Shown here piece after piece: positions 50,095 to 61,151 of a stretch of DNA of 64,000 nt (position 1 is its first letter; each line of letters starts with the position of its first letter). The DNA comes from Polyangiaceae bacterium. Lineage in GTDB: Bacteria; Myxococcota_A; Polyangia; Polyangiales; Polyangiaceae. The DNA lies in contig JANRKO010000020.1 of the NCBI GenBank assembly GCA_033763455.1, forward strand, positions 32,001 to 96,000, written 5' to 3'. A model generated the notes under the pieces. The model saw only the letters and a list, made by a program, of their open reading frames with translations, had not been told where the DNA came from and ran no database searches. The translations under genes were made by a program, and so were the position numbers.

Positions 50095-50766
50095 TCAAAA
50101 CTTGTAGCGATAGCTGGCACCCAGGATAACTACGCTTGGGTCATTCACATCCACCTGCTCCTGGTCCAAATAACCAAAGAGGCCGAAGCGGTGCGGCTTC
50201 AGGCTAAAGTCAGCACCCACGGCCCAGCGCATCTGCTTCCATTGGGTGCCATTGCTTCCCCCAACGCGCGTGCTCGTTTCGACGCCAACGTACGGCTCTA
50301 GGCTTTTGGTAACTTTGTAGCCCGCCTGCAGGCGATTTCGCACGGCTTTCCGCGTCTTGCGGCTCGCATCGGTGGGGATCTGGGTCTGAAGTCGCAGGCG
50401 ATAATCTAGGATGAACTTCCCCAGCTCTGGCGCTACCGAAACATCTGCGTAAAGGCGATTCCAGCTTTCGAAGGCGTCGTTCTTGTCTCGTCGTTCGATG
50501 TGGCGGTAGCCCACGCCAGGAGTAAGCCACTTGGTAACGTCGTATGAGAAGGAAAAATCTGGGCTCACCTCCACCACCTGAAAGGGAGCGGTGCCGAAGG
50601 CCAGCTTCTGCTCAAACTCAAGGGTTGCAGCTTTGATCGGGCTCCACGCCACGGAAGGCTCTGCCCATAGCTCAACCAGGGTTTCGGCACGTGCCGGGCT
50701 CGCAAGCGTGCTGAGCCCCACGACACCAACGAGCATGCCGACCAAGTGCTTTAGCGTCCTATTCAT
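50095..50766 (-). CDS. Outer-membrane beta-barrel protein (DUF2490-like)
   Basis: Signal peptide ending ARA, amphipathic strands, YRLRLQ and RNRLQAGY motifs, C-terminal YRYKF beta-signal. Confidence 0.75.
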   Translation of the reverse strand: MNRTLKHLVGMLVGVVGLSTLASPARAETLVELWAEPSVAWSPIKAATLEFEQKLAFGTAPFQVVEVSPDFSFSYDVTKWLTPGVGYRHIERRDKNDAFESWNRLYADVSVAPELGKFILDYRLRLQTQIPTDASRKTRKAVRNRLQAGYKVTKSLEPYVGVETSTRVGGSNGTQWKQMRWAVGADFSLKPHRFGLFGYLDQEQVDVNDPSVVILGASYRYKF

Positions 50767-50803
50767 AGGCTTCTTTTCAGACAACGCGGGGGTTGGATGC
50801 GCG

Positions 50804-51751
50804 TCACGGGGCACACGTTAGATTCCCTTGGCAAACACGCCCGCCGGGGCAATCCGCTGTTTCGTGGCAAGAGACCACGCCCGGAAGCGCGACATCCCGG
50901 ACAACTCCCGATTCAACGCGGAGCCGCACTGTGCCCGGAGCAATTTCAGTGCTTCCCGAGCTCACCCGTTTGAGAGAAATACTGGGAAAACCGGCAACTC
51001 CGAGCGCCACCAACTGGCTTATCAAATCAGCGTCGATCTCTAAGTTGCCCGTGTCCGCTGCATCACACTCTACAGCCCCCTTGCTGCCGCCATGATGCGA
51101 GATGTCGAGCTTCACCTCTATCCGGTGAGCCGGAGTGGCACTCATGGGTGGCTCCCAGCTCAACATCAAAGGCTGGCCGGGCTCAAGAGCCACAGGCCCA
51201 GCAGATACCAGGGGTGCCACCATTGAGCTCTTGATCGAAAACATGCCGTACAGGCTTTGGGCAACTACGAGCTCAACGGGAGCTCCCTCGCGCGCGGGGG
51301 GAAAATCGAGCGTGAGGCCCGGCGGAGCCGAATACCTTCCCGCTACCGCCACGAGGCTGAGAGGCCCCGTGCCCAAGCCGGCTAACACCACTTCGCCGAC
51401 ATCTTGAGCTATGGGGAATGATTGGCATTGATTGGTCTCAACGCATAAGTGGCCGGAGCCACAGCCGGGGTTGCAGAAAGGTGCACGCGGCTTACGAAGC
51501 GCACACGCTCCCTTCTCTGCCACCAAATCCCAAACTACCGCTGAGGGGGACGGGCCATCCAAAACAGCGCCAGAAATCCCAGTGTAAGCGACGTTGGTGC
51601 CCGTGGCCGCGTGGAGGTCAATCAAGAAGGTGCCAACCAGGGCCCCAGTCCTCGCAGCCGAAGGCTCCAGATCGCGCGGCTCGGAGGAGCAGCTCCCGAG
51701 CACGCCAAGCGCTGCGAGCACTAGCGACCATGATCCAATCCAATCTGACAT
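50804..51751 (-). CDS. Cys-containing lipoprotein of unknown function
   Basis: Lipobox LGSC; CNPGCGSGHLC and a C-terminal CHETADCPGGRVCQGNLTC. Start set at MSDW. Confidence 0.75.
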   Translation of the reverse strand: MSDWIGSWSLVLAALGVLGSCSSEPRDLEPSAARTGALVGTFLIDLHAATGTNVAYTGISGAVLDGPSPSAVVWDLVAEKGACALRKPRAPFCNPGCGSGHLCVETNQCQSFPIAQDVGEVVLAGLGTGPLSLVAVAGRYSAPPGLTLDFPPAREGAPVELVVAQSLYGMFSIKSSMVAPLVSAGPVALEPGQPLMLSWEPPMSATPAHRIEVKLDISHHGGSKGAVECDAADTGNLEIDADLISQLVALGVAGFPSISLKRVSSGSTEIAPGTVRLRVESGVVRDVALPGVVSCHETADCPGGRVCQGNLTCAP

Positions 51752-51788
51752 TGCGTGTGGAGGAGTGTCCTGACCAAGGCTCCTAGGC

Positions 51789-52919
51789 TCACGGCGTGAG
51801 GGCAAAACAGTAGATCCCGCCGTAGCCGCCACCGGAACCAACGATGGGGTTTTGTGGATCAGAACCACCGTTCCCTTCGATCGCCACTCCCGCACCGCAG
51901 CCGCCTTCGCTCTGCCCGGAAATCCAGTGGATGCGGTCCGAAATAGACCAAGAGAAACCTATGCGCGGGCGACCAGCGAGAACGCTATTGTCTGGATCGA
52001 CAACTCCATTGTTCTTGGAGGTAGACGTCCAGTCCAAGCAGGTGGCCTTGCTTCCTGAGCATTCTGGACAATCTGCGTCCTCATAAAGCATGCCTTGGGC
52101 ATCCGAGCCAGTAAGCACGTGGTGGTTATCCGCCTCGGGGAGATTGAGATCGGGCTGGTGATTCGGAGTTCCAGTTTCATTCGGGAGATCCTCCTTAATT
52201 GCCGGATGGGCCCCATCCGGGCGCTCCATAAGCAGAGCTGTCTTGTTTTCAGCCACCACCCTACCGAGTCGATCGTACCATGGCCCCTCGCCGATGCGAT
52301 CGCGAGCGTGCACTGGCGTTCCATTTCCTGCAATACTCAGAAAAGCCCGCCACTGCTTAACACCTGAGCCTGGCATCGAGCTCTCGGCGATCTCCGTGCA
52401 AATCTTGTCTGCACCGGCCAGCCCCGAGGCTTGCCCATACCGAAGATCGCCACCAAAGCCGTCTGGGCTGCCGGAGAGCCGGCGCATCGCATCCAGGCTC
52501 GTCATGAAGAAGCTAAAATGCGGTAAATCGGCCCCCGCGCCACCCGTTGCCGAGCCTCCACCCTGGGCACTGCTACTGCCCCCGACGCCCGGGTTGCCCC
52601 CCACTGGCGCATTGTTTCCACCGCCACTCGCGAGATTCGACCCACCTCCCGCTGGGCCTCCAACACCTGAACCACCAGTTGCCGCGCTTGCGCCACCCGC
52701 TCCATTCGATTTACCGCCGCTCGCGTTTTGCGCGCCACCAATCGCCAAAGGCCCCTGCCCGCCTGTGCTCGCGCTTTTGAAGCTCGATCCGGAATCGGAC
52801 GAACATGCGACAAAACTCAGACTCATCAGAGCCAGTGAGGCAAGCGCGCCCAGCGAGCGCAATCGCGTGGCAGTAAATGATTCTGAGGTGAACGGAGAAA
52901 TCCCGCAAAAAACAGCCAT
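51789..52919 (-). CDS. Lipoprotein with Gly-rich linker and endostatin/C-type-lectin-like domain
   Basis: Lipobox FVAC; GGDL..GLAGADKIC..WRAFLS..ARDRIGEGPWYD..TGSD..CLDWTS..IYCFA. Start uncertain. Confidence 0.72.
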   Translation of the reverse strand: MAVFCGISPFTSESFTATRLRSLGALASLALMSLSFVACSSDSGSSFKSASTGGQGPLAIGGAQNASGGKSNGAGGASAATGGSGVGGPAGGGSNLASGGGNNAPVGGNPGVGGSSSAQGGGSATGGAGADLPHFSFFMTSLDAMRRLSGSPDGFGGDLRYGQASGLAGADKICTEIAESSMPGSGVKQWRAFLSIAGNGTPVHARDRIGEGPWYDRLGRVVAENKTALLMERPDGAHPAIKEDLPNETGTPNHQPDLNLPEADNHHVLTGSDAQGMLYEDADCPECSGSKATCLDWTSTSKNNGVVDPDNSVLAGRPRIGFSWSISDRIHWISGQSEGGCGAGVAIEGNGGSDPQNPIVGSGGGYGGIYCFALTP

Positions 52920-53079
52920 AAAATCGCGGAAGCGTAGCTGGATTGTCATCGTGCCGTCAACAACCACCCGGAGCCCATTGGCGAGTTTAAAAACTACTTG
53001 GCATGCTAAGAATCAACGTTGCGGGCGAAAGGGCCCTCCGGCTCGCTTGGGCGTATTTCCGTGTCGCGACATCCCGGCA

Positions 53080-54210
53080 TCACTCAAAAAGGCCGCGCCA
53101 TACCTCGGGCGTCCAAGTTCCGGTCGCCGTATCCAAGCCCTTAAAACTCCCGCCGTCGTCCCAATACGCCCAACCGAAACCACAACGTTCGGCTTCGGTG
53201 CGCACGAGCCGCAAGAAGCGCACACGCGAAGCCGCATCTGCCTTGTTGATAGCCCCAAATTCCCCCATATACACGCTTCGGCCGGTTGATTTTGTGTAAG
53301 CCGCGGCTACCTCAAATTGGTGCAGGACGGCACGATACCCGCTCGGATTTTCGTCAGAGGGCAAGGTGTTGTAGCCCTCAAACCACTTACGCACCCACTC
53401 GAGCGACTCTGCCGCAGGTTCAGGTTTCACCGGCACAGCGGGAGGGCCCGGAAAGACGATCCCTGTGGTTGCATATTCGGGCCCCGCCCAATTCGCCCCC
53501 TGATGTGTGAATAGAGCGGGCTGATACATGTGAAACGAAGCCATAATTCGGGGATCTTCTGCCAGCACTAGCTGATGAAGCGCCGCCGCGGAGGCCCAGT
53601 CGAAGCTATCCGCGATCAGAAGGCGCGTCGGGTTGCTTGCGCGCACCACCGGGATCACTCGCGCGTAGAGTTCATTCACCTGAGTTGGAGTGAGTGGACT
53701 CCGTGGCTCATTCAACAACTCAAAAGCCACAGATTCTGGGTACTCTCGGTAGCGCTCGGCAACCTGCCGCCAAATTTCGACGAAGCGTTCCGTGTGCGCC
53801 GCTAGGTTCTCGATCAACTCGTTGTAGTGATGAAAGTCTAGAATAACGCCCAGGGCGTGCCTGGCAGCTTGCTCCAGCGCCCAATCAACGCGTGCCATGA
53901 ACCTCGGGTCCAGGGTGTAGGGGGGCTCGCTCAAAGCGTGCGCATTGAAGCGAACTGGCAGCCGCACATGATCTAGCTTTGCCGCGGCGACGCCACGAAA
54001 ATGCCTCTCGTTCAGGGTCACATTCCACTCCCCTTCCTTCGGAGCGTCGAGCGCATTTCCGAGGTTAAGCCCACGCTTGAAGGCAACTTCTCCGCCCGCA
54101 ACCGCAACCGCGCCACGGGCAGGCTCCGCCTTAGGGATACACGCATGACCGGCCATGCAACAGCCTGCCCCTAGGCCAAGAAAAGAACGACGCAACATAC
54201 CTGCAGCCAT
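53080..54210 (-). CDS. Glycoside hydrolase family 5 (endoglucanase-like), Tat/lipoprotein signal
   Basis: LRRSFL twin-Arg motif; RGLNLGNAL, HVRLPV, ILDFHH, FELLNEP (acid/base), FHMY, YMGEFG (nucleophile), WAYWD. Confidence 0.92.
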   Translation of the reverse strand: MAAGMLRRSFLGLGAGCCMAGHACIPKAEPARGAVAVAGGEVAFKRGLNLGNALDAPKEGEWNVTLNERHFRGVAAAKLDHVRLPVRFNAHALSEPPYTLDPRFMARVDWALEQAARHALGVILDFHHYNELIENLAAHTERFVEIWRQVAERYREYPESVAFELLNEPRSPLTPTQVNELYARVIPVVRASNPTRLLIADSFDWASAAALHQLVLAEDPRIMASFHMYQPALFTHQGANWAGPEYATTGIVFPGPPAVPVKPEPAAESLEWVRKWFEGYNTLPSDENPSGYRAVLHQFEVAAAYTKSTGRSVYMGEFGAINKADAASRVRFLRLVRTEAERCGFGWAYWDDGGSFKGLDTATGTWTPEVWRGLFE

Positions 54211-54260
54211 AGTGCCGAGGCGCAGGCTGGGAAAGGCACGAAAGCGCCCGCGCTCTCGGG

Positions 54261-54959
54261 TCACCCGGTCCTAGTTGTCAAGCTCCGTGCTCGTTGCCAC
54301 ACCAAAGAGCCAACCACCCACCCCACGCCTACGCCGGCATGCCCCGAAAATAAATGCAAAATATCGAGGCTCGGGCAATGGAAACTCAAAAGCAGATTGG
54401 CAACCACACCCACAAGCGCACCTCGCAGTATTAACGAACGCGTCGACGGAGCATCACTCCGATCTAGGAGTGCTAGCAAGAACGCGAGCGGGGCCGAATA
54501 CAACACACCGTGCGGAAAACATTCGAGCCCTTGAAACAGAGACTCACGGGCGGGCGCTGAGCCCACCGAGCCAACCGCAAAGGCGACCCAAAACGGCGCC
54601 AACACGAGAAATGCGCCAACGGTCAGAACCCTATCGCTGCGCGACCAAGTACCCGAGCGCAACCACAGGCTGGCCCCATGGGCTATTAGTAGGAGCTGCC
54701 CCACAACAATCGGCCAACTCCCGAGCAGCACCTGAAGGCGACCACTCTGTTCAGCTTCGAGCAGCATTAACCCCCCGAGCATGAGCGCCACCATTGCAAA
54801 TCGCAGCCGCGAGCTTCGGCTCCGGAGCCATGCTCGCGGCCCTTTTTCGCGGGCAAGTTGAGCCTCGAGGTTTGCAAAGAGGGCGTCAACCTCTGCCCCC
54901 GTCGGCGGCGCGCCCTTGAAGGCTGCTGCATCTTTCTGGGAGTTGTCGACGGAGATCAT
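54261..54959 (-). CDS. Multi-TM anti-sigma factor (NrsF/DUF1109-like)
   Basis: Overlaps the ECF stop codon (ATGA); about 6 TMs; conserved C..., LSFHCP...H pattern. Confidence 0.7.
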   Translation of the reverse strand: MISVDNSQKDAAAFKGAPPTGAEVDALFANLEAQLAREKGPRAWLRSRSSRLRFAMVALMLGGLMLLEAEQSGRLQVLLGSWPIVVGQLLLIAHGASLWLRSGTWSRSDRVLTVGAFLVLAPFWVAFAVGSVGSAPARESLFQGLECFPHGVLYSAPLAFLLALLDRSDAPSTRSLILRGALVGVVANLLLSFHCPSLDILHLFSGHAGVGVGWVVGSLVWQRARSLTTRTG

Positions 54960-55612
54960 GGCTTCCCCACTCCTATGTCCGAAGCTGCGGCAGGGTTACC
55001 GTTAGCGTCTGCCGTTGGCTCGTCCAGCGGCAGTGCTCCTGCAGGTAGTTCAATGTCAGACAAAAGCTCTCGCAGACGCGCGTAGCCCCGGTGAGCTCGT
55101 ACTTTGACCGCGCTCACCGTTGCCCCCAACACCTGGGCTATTTCGTGAAATGAAAGCTCATCGAACCAGTGTAGCTCGATGACTTCACGCTGCTGCACGG
55201 GCACCTCCGCAAAGGCGCGAGCAAGGGCTTGCGCGGCTTCCAAGCGCTCCGCGCCACGATGGGTTGTGTGCGGTTCATTCGCCACCTCCAGAGCTGCTTC
55301 CGGGCGCCGCTTCACGCGGCGGAAATATTCACGCTTGAGATTCAACGCAATTGTGAACAACCAAGGACGCAGGCGCTGAGCAGGGTCAAAATCATTGCGA
55401 GCCCGGTGCAGTTGCAGAAAGCATTGCTGCACCAGATCAGCCGCTTCTTCGGGCGAGCGCAGATCGCGCCGCATACTTCGTAGCAACGAAGGGGCGTGCC
55501 GATCGAAAAGCTCGCGGAAAGCCGCCGCCTCCCCGCCAACATAGGCGGCCATTAACGCTTCATCAGAACGCACGCTAACGCGCAGACTCCAAAAGCTCGG
55601 CGCCAAACGCAA
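54956..55612 (-). CDS. ECF RNA polymerase sigma factor
   Basis: DEALM..G...AFRELF.RH, AADLVQQCF, PWLFTIALN, LSFHEIAQVLGATVSAVKVRAHRG. Start may be slightly downstream. Confidence 0.93.
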   Translation of the reverse strand: MRLAPSFWSLRVSVRSDEALMAAYVGGEAAAFRELFDRHAPSLLRSMRRDLRSPEEAADLVQQCFLQLHRARNDFDPAQRLRPWLFTIALNLKREYFRRVKRRPEAALEVANEPHTTHRGAERLEAAQALARAFAEVPVQQREVIELHWFDELSFHEIAQVLGATVSAVKVRAHRGYARLRELLSDIELPAGALPLDEPTADANGNPAAASDIGVGKP

Positions 55613-55633
55613 GGGCAGAGGGCGCGGAATTCT

Positions 55634-56029
55634 TCAGCTCAATGCGGCCTCGTAGCGAGCTACGGCTTGGTACTTCAGCAAGCGGCGGCAATCCGCCGTC
55701 CCGAGCTGACCGCGGCATGAACTCTCCCCTGAGAATTCCACCTTGCCCCGTGTAAGGGCCCCAAGGATTTCGCGGGTTAAGTCGTGTCCGCCGTCTTTGC
55801 AACCCGTGTCACCGCAGGTGAGCTCAAACAGAGCCGCGGCGCTTGGCACCACGACCACCCGGGTATAACGCGTGCCGGCGACGGCACTTTCTGGGTGGCG
55901 CTCCTCAATATCCAAGCGCAACTCCCGGAGGAGCGGCACTTCCTTAGCTAAACGCGCACACTGATCTTCGCGTTCGCGGCGCTCCCTGGCCTTTACGGCC
56001 GCTTCGCTCATGTAGCGGTAGTTTCTCAC
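55634..56029 (-). CDS. Hypothetical protein, putative Zn-binding
   Basis: C-x4-C-x4-H (CGDTGCKDGGH) and C-x8-C; 4-bp overlap with the upstream ORF. Confidence 0.7.
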   Translation of the reverse strand: MRNYRYMSEAAVKARERREREDQCARLAKEVPLLRELRLDIEERHPESAVAGTRYTRVVVVPSAAALFELTCGDTGCKDGGHDLTREILGALTRGKVEFSGESSCRGQLGTADCRRLLKYQAVARYEAALS

Positions 56030-56244
56030 GATTCCACCCTCATCGCGGCGTCGCCGTCGCCGAACCCATCGGGTAACGGCTGCGGCCCGGGCACGATGCC
56101 GGCGATATCCGGATCTTCTTCGTCGGCCCCGCGCTCAGGTTTGTCGACCTCCTTGCGCTGCTGGCGACGCTCGGCCTTGTCCTTCTTGCGATCCTGCCGC
56201 TCTTTTTCCTTGCGGCGTTTGTCTGCACTGGCTCGACCTGTCAT
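56026..56244 (-). CDS. Small basic/acidic hypothetical protein
   Basis: Lys/Arg-rich helix followed by EDPDIAGIVPGPQP; translationally coupled to the next gene. Confidence 0.65.
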   Translation of the reverse strand: MTGRASADKRRKEKERQDRKKDKAERRQQRKEVDKPERGADEEDPDIAGIVPGPQPLPDGFGDGDAAMRVES

Positions 56245-56899
56245 TCCGCTACTCACCTTGTGGCGCCGGCCCGTGCAAAACACCCATCAAACGCCCACCT
56301 TTTGGGAGTCTGCACGAGTATCTGCGCAGCGAGCCTCCCATCCACCCAGTCCGAGAAACCTTGGAAACCAGGCGCAGGGCCCGCGGAGGCCAAGACGACC
56401 TAAGGTTCCAGAAGCGCAGCAAGACCCTAACACGAGGCGTGCCACCGCGCGAGTGGAACTTCAAACCCTTGGCAAAGGCGGCGTCCCGCGTGAGCCAGGG
56501 AATATCCACTGACGCCGACGAGACCCGAACGACCCAACGACTGGCCAGCGAGCCTACTTTCACCTCTGTGACACTCATTTGTCACGCACTTGTCACTTTA
56601 ACCAACCGGCCCCATACTTGGGTTCATGTTGACCAGGCTCCCCAGGAGGTTTCGACGCCAACTCTCCACGCGCGTTCTCGCTCCCCTTCGCGAAATGGAG
56701 CGTGAAGATCAGTGGGAGGCACGTTTAGTCGCTCTTACGGCGGTAAGTGCGAGCGTGATGGTGCTTCTACTTCGCGTGTGGTCCTAGCGCCCGCTGATCC
56801 AAAGGCCACTTGTTGGAGGCTGGGCTGCCAGGTTTCGGACCTTGGGACCTAGGAGCGGTCCAACCCTTTTTCCGACCCGCCGCTTCAGCGTGTTTTTCG

Positions 56900-56972
56900 T
56901 AGGCGGGACAGGACTCGAACCTGCGACATCCGGCTTGTAAGGCCAGCGCTCTACCAACTGAGCTACCCGCCT
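56900..56972 (-). tRNA. tRNA-Val(TAC)
   Basis: AGGCGGG/CCCGCCT acceptor stem; D-arm TAGCTCAGTTGGTAGAGC; anticodon loop CT-TAC-AA; GGTTCGAGTCC; CCA not encoded. Confidence 0.95.
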
Positions 56973-57041
56973 GTCCTCTTGGTGAGGTGGCACGCGCTCC
57001 TTACCTAGGATGGGCGCCTTGAGCAAGAGCGATAGCAGGTT

Positions 57042-59510
57042 TTACGAAATCCCCGGCTGCTCCACCGGGGGGTGTTCGACCAAGCCGGGAATTCGAGGGT
57101 CCACGGGCTCAAGCGCTTTGAGCGAACCGTCGATGAGCTCCCCCTCACGATACTCAAGCACCAGCCGGCGGGGGCCAAACATCTGGTCGGGGTTATCCAC
57201 GGCGAGGGCTTCGCGCAGCACGTCGTCCATGTGATCCACAAGGACGATCCGTAGCCCCCCGAGCACACGTCGCGGAACCTCCTTCAAATCTTTGCGGTTC
57301 TCTTTGGGCACGAGCACCGTCTTGATGCCGTTGCGATGTGCGGCCAAAAGCTTTTCCTTGAGGCCACCGATTGGCATCACCCGACCCCTGAGCGTGATCT
57401 CGCCCGTCATGGCGAGCTCGTGCCGAACTGGAATGCGGGCCAAAGCACTGGCAATGCCCGTGGCCATGGTAACACCCGCGCTCGGACCATCCTTGCGAAC
57501 GAAATCTGGAAAGTGAACGTGAACGTCCACCTTCTGGTAAAAATCTTTGTCGAGACCAAGGGTAGTGGCGCGGGAGCGAATGTAGCTCATGGCCGCCTGG
57601 CCACTCTCTTCCATCCCTTTTTCAAGAAGCCCCGTGATGACAAGCTTGCCCTTACCGGCAACCACGCTCACCTCACAGTCCAAGATATCTCCCCCGTAAT
57701 CAGACACGCTCAAGCCGTGAACGAGCCCAATCTGATTTTCTTCGTCTTTTTGGCCAAGCCGATACTTCGGGACCCCCAAGTACTTGGGAACATCCTCTGG
57801 CTTGATCACAACTTTGACTTGCTTGCCGTCTTTCACGACACGCAATGCGATCTTCCGACACAGGCTTGAGATTTCGCGCTCAAGGTTACGAACGCCGGCT
57901 TCTTTCGTGTAGTGGTGGATGACGGTGCGCAGCGTCGCCTGCCCCATGTCGATATCCACATCTTCGAGGCCGCACTCCTTTTTCTGCCGCGGCACCAGGT
58001 ATTGCTGCGCGATATTGAGCTTATCGTATTCGGTGTAGCTCGTGAGTTGAATGATCTCCATGCGATCTTGCAGAGGAAGCGGGATGCCACTCAGCGTGTT
58101 GGCTGTAGTGATGAACATCACGTCCGAAAGATCGTAATCTAGATCTAGGTAGTGATCGTTAAAGGTACTGTTCTGTTCCGGATCCAACACCTCAAGGAGT
58201 GCTGAAGCCGGGTCGCCCCGAAAATCAGCGCTCATCTTATCCACTTCATCCAGCAAGAAGACGGGGTTATTCGAGCCCACCTTCTTCAAGTTCTGGATCA
58301 GCTTGCCAGGCAAAGCACCGATATACGTTCGGCGGTGACCGCGGATCTCCGCTTCATCTCGCACGCCCCCTAAAGACAATCGAACGAATTTGCGACCCAT
58401 GGCGCGCGCGATGCTGCGCGCAATGCTCGTCTTGCCGACACCCGGAGGGCCCACAAAACACAAAATGGGGCCCTTGAGCTGCTTGGTGAGCGCCTGCACT
58501 GCCAAGTACTCGATGATGCGCTCCTTGCACTTTTTGAGTCCGTAGTGGTCCTCATCCAAGATGCGCTCGGCCTCTTCAATATCAAAACGCTCCGGCGTTT
58601 TGTCGAACCAAGGCAACCCGACGACCCAATCAATATAATTCCGAACCACTGTAGCTTCGGCACTCGTAGGGTGCATCATTTTGAGCTTCTTGAGCTCGCG
58701 CTTCATCTTACCGAGCGCTTCTTCGCTCATCTTCTTGGTCTTCAGCTTCTCTTCAAGCTCAGCCAAATCGCTCTTGAATTCATCACGCTCGCCGCCACCA
58801 AGCTCCTTCTGAATGGCCTGCATTTGCTCATTCAGGTAATATTCCTTCTGCGTCTTCTCCATCTGCTTTTTGACGCGAGAACGGATCTTCTTCTCAACCT
58901 GCAGGATCTCAATCTCAGCCTGCATGAGCTCGTACAAGCGCTCCAAGCGCTTCTTGGCGTCGAGCATTTCGAGCAAGCCTTGCCTATCAGCAAGCTTAAT
59001 GGTCGGTAGATTGGCCGCGATGGTATCTGCGAGCTTTGAAGGATCTTCAATGCTCTGCACAGCCATGAGGATCTCAGGCTGTACTTTCTTGTTCAGCTTT
59101 ACGTACACCTCGAAGGTGCTCTGAACACTGCGGATCAACGCCTCAACTTCAACGTCGCCGTCGGTTGCGTCACTTAACTCATCCAACTCAACCTGGAAGA
59201 ATTCACGCGTATCTATGTAGTTCCGCACCCGCGCACGCCTGCGACCTTCGATGAGCACCTTAACGGTGCCGTCCGCAAGACGGAGCAGTTGCACAATCGT
59301 GCCCACGGTGCCGATGGCGTAGATGTCCTCCGAAACAGGATCATTGGTCTTGGCGCTCTTCTGAGCCGCCAGAAATACTTCCTTGTCCCCCGCCATTGCC
59401 GCATCGAGTGCCGCGATGCTTTTCTCTCGCCCCACGAACAGTTGGGACACCATGTGTGGAAAAACAATAATGTCGCGAAGCGGAAGTGCAGGAATGGGTC
59501 GACGTGACAC
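57042..59510 (-). CDS. lon: ATP-dependent protease La
   Basis: [42 protein letters not shown]. Confidence 0.98.
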   Translation of the reverse strand: MSRRPIPALPLRDIIVFPHMVSQLFVGREKSIAALDAAMAGDKEVFLAAQKSAKTNDPVSEDIYAIGTVGTIVQLLRLADGTVKVLIEGRRRARVRNYIDTREFFQVELDELSDATDGDVEVEALIRSVQSTFEVYVKLNKKVQPEILMAVQSIEDPSKLADTIAANLPTIKLADRQGLLEMLDAKKRLERLYELMQAEIEILQVEKKIRSRVKKQMEKTQKEYYLNEQMQAIQKELGGGERDEFKSDLAELEEKLKTKKMSEEALGKMKRELKKLKMMHPTSAEATVVRNYIDWVVGLPWFDKTPERFDIEEAERILDEDHYGLKKCKERIIEYLAVQALTKQLKGPILCFVGPPGVGKTSIARSIARAMGRKFVRLSLGGVRDEAEIRGHRRTYIGALPGKLIQNLKKVGSNNPVFLLDEVDKMSADFRGDPASALLEVLDPEQNSTFNDHYLDLDYDLSDVMFITTANTLSGIPLPLQDRMEIIQLTSYTEYDKLNIAQQYLVPRQKKECGLEDVDIDMGQATLRTVIHHYTKEAGVRNLEREISSLCRKIALRVVKDGKQVKVVIKPEDVPKYLGVPKYRLGQKDEENQIGLVHGLSVSDYGGDILDCEVSVVAGKGKLVITGLLEKGMEESGQAAMSYIRSRATTLGLDKDFYQKVDVHVHFPDFVRKDGPSAGVTMATGIASALARIPVRHELAMTGEITLRGRVMPIGGLKEKLLAAHRNGIKTVLVPKENRKDLKEVPRRVLGGLRIVLVDHMDDVLREALAVDNPDQMFGPRRLVLEYREGELIDGSLKALEPVDPRIPGLVEHPPVEQPGIS

Positions 59511-59580
59511 GTTAGCCCTTAGGGTTTAGAAATGTTGAAGGATTGTAGGGGAATGAGGCGCGAGTGGCCCAGCCGACGCC

Positions 59581-60834
59581 TCAGCCGACGCCTGCTTCCT
59601 TGTGATAGACAATCAACGGGGCTTCACCTTTGACGATGACGTCCTCATTGATGACCACTTCCTTGATCCCTTGCTGAGAGGGGATCTCGTACATGATGTC
59701 GAGCATCGCCTCTTCCATGATCGCCCTGAGCCCACGTGCGCCGCTCTCGCGGGCTAAGGCTTTTCTGGCGATGGCGGCAAGTGCTGCTTTGGCAAACTTC
59801 AGCTTCACGCCGTCCATCTCGAAGAGCTTCTGGAATTGCTTTACCAAGCTATTCTTAGGCTTCGTCAAAATATCGATCAACGCTTCTTCGGTGAGCTCAT
59901 GCAGAGTTGCCACTACTGGTAAACGCCCGATGAACTCGGGAATTAGGCCAAACTTCAGCAAATCTTCAGGCTGGACGCTGGCCAAAAGATCCCCAAGGCG
60001 CAGCTCGTTCTTACTCTTGATATCCGCACCAAAACCCAAGCGAGACTGGCCAAGGCGCCGCTGAATGATCTGATCGAGCCCTACAAACGCACCACCACAG
60101 ATGAACAGAATATTGCTGGTATCCACCTGCAAAAAATCCTGTTGTGGATGCTTGCGACCACCTTTGGGCGGCACGTTAGCGACGGTGCCTTCGATAATCT
60201 TCAGAAGTGCTTGCTGCACACCTTCGCCAGACACGTCGCGCGTGATGGACGGATTGTCGCTCTTTCTGCTGATCTTGTCGATTTCATCGATATAAACAAT
60301 GCCACGCTGAGCGCGCTCGACATCGTGGTCAGCATTCTGCAGGAGTTGCACGATGATGTTTTCAACGTCCTCGCCCACGTAGCCGGCTTCGGTCAGAGTA
60401 GTTGCGTCCGCAATGGCGAACGGAACCTTAAGGATCTTCGCGAGCGTCTGCGCAAGAAGCGTCTTTCCGCTACCGGTAGGCCCAAGCAGCAGAATGTTGC
60501 TCTTGCCAAGCTCAACGTCGTCCGACGCTATCTTGGTGTCGATGCGCTTATAGTGGTTGTGAACCGCTACCGAGAGCACCTTCTTCGCGCGATCTTGGCC
60601 AACGACGTAGTCGTCCAGGATGGCCTTGATCTCCGAAGGCTTGGGCATCGGATCTGAACCATTGCTGGGCTCGTCCTTTTCAACCTCCTCGGCGATGATG
60701 TCATTGCAGAGGGCAATGCACTCGTCGCAGATGTAGACCGTTGGCCCAGCAATAAGCTTTTTTACTTCCTTCTGGGATTTTCCACAGAAGGAGCAGCACA
60801 AGTTGCCATTTGAATCGTCTCGCCGTCGCTCCAC
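59581..60834 (-). CDS. clpX: Clp protease ATP-binding subunit ClpX
   Basis: CSFCGK..CDEC Zn finger, [30 protein letters not shown] loop. Confidence 0.98.
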   Translation of the reverse strand: MERRRDDSNGNLCCSFCGKSQKEVKKLIAGPTVYICDECIALCNDIIAEEVEKDEPSNGSDPMPKPSEIKAILDDYVVGQDRAKKVLSVAVHNHYKRIDTKIASDDVELGKSNILLLGPTGSGKTLLAQTLAKILKVPFAIADATTLTEAGYVGEDVENIIVQLLQNADHDVERAQRGIVYIDEIDKISRKSDNPSITRDVSGEGVQQALLKIIEGTVANVPPKGGRKHPQQDFLQVDTSNILFICGGAFVGLDQIIQRRLGQSRLGFGADIKSKNELRLGDLLASVQPEDLLKFGLIPEFIGRLPVVATLHELTEEALIDILTKPKNSLVKQFQKLFEMDGVKLKFAKAALAAIARKALARESGARGLRAIMEEAMLDIMYEIPSQQGIKEVVINEDVIVKGEAPLIVYHKEAGVG

Positions 60835-61151
60835 CGGTTGTTCCTGTCTGACGTGCGCTAAAGGTTTCTTTTCAAGCTTAAAACCATAGAAATTCTAGGG
60901 CCTCGAGCCCAACACCGCAAGCTCATGGAAGCCAAAAAGGCAGAAGCACAAGTTCTTGCTTCGAGGGGGGTTCCCCCTGGGATTCTGAGGATTGTTGCCA
61001 CGTCGCCTGGACCGGCCGCCAATTAATTGACGATGGTTTCGAACGGGGCCTTCGGCTGCTGACCGCTCACCGAGGGCAAAGCCAGGGGGCCCAAGAGTGC
61101 AGCAGTTCGGATGTCCCATGAAGGTGACCTACGGCCACCCTCAGCGGCTCA

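Noticed and set aside
52243..53289. Long antisense ORFs (also 25227-25991, 62715-63650, 127-597, 9236-9835, 40618-41250)
   Set aside because: Shadow frames of well-supported genes in GC-rich DNA, with no recognisable motifs.
59570..59593. Short direct repeat CAGCCGACGCCT at the clpX stop
   Set aside because: Only 12 bp and does not alter clpX; likely local slippage with no evident function.
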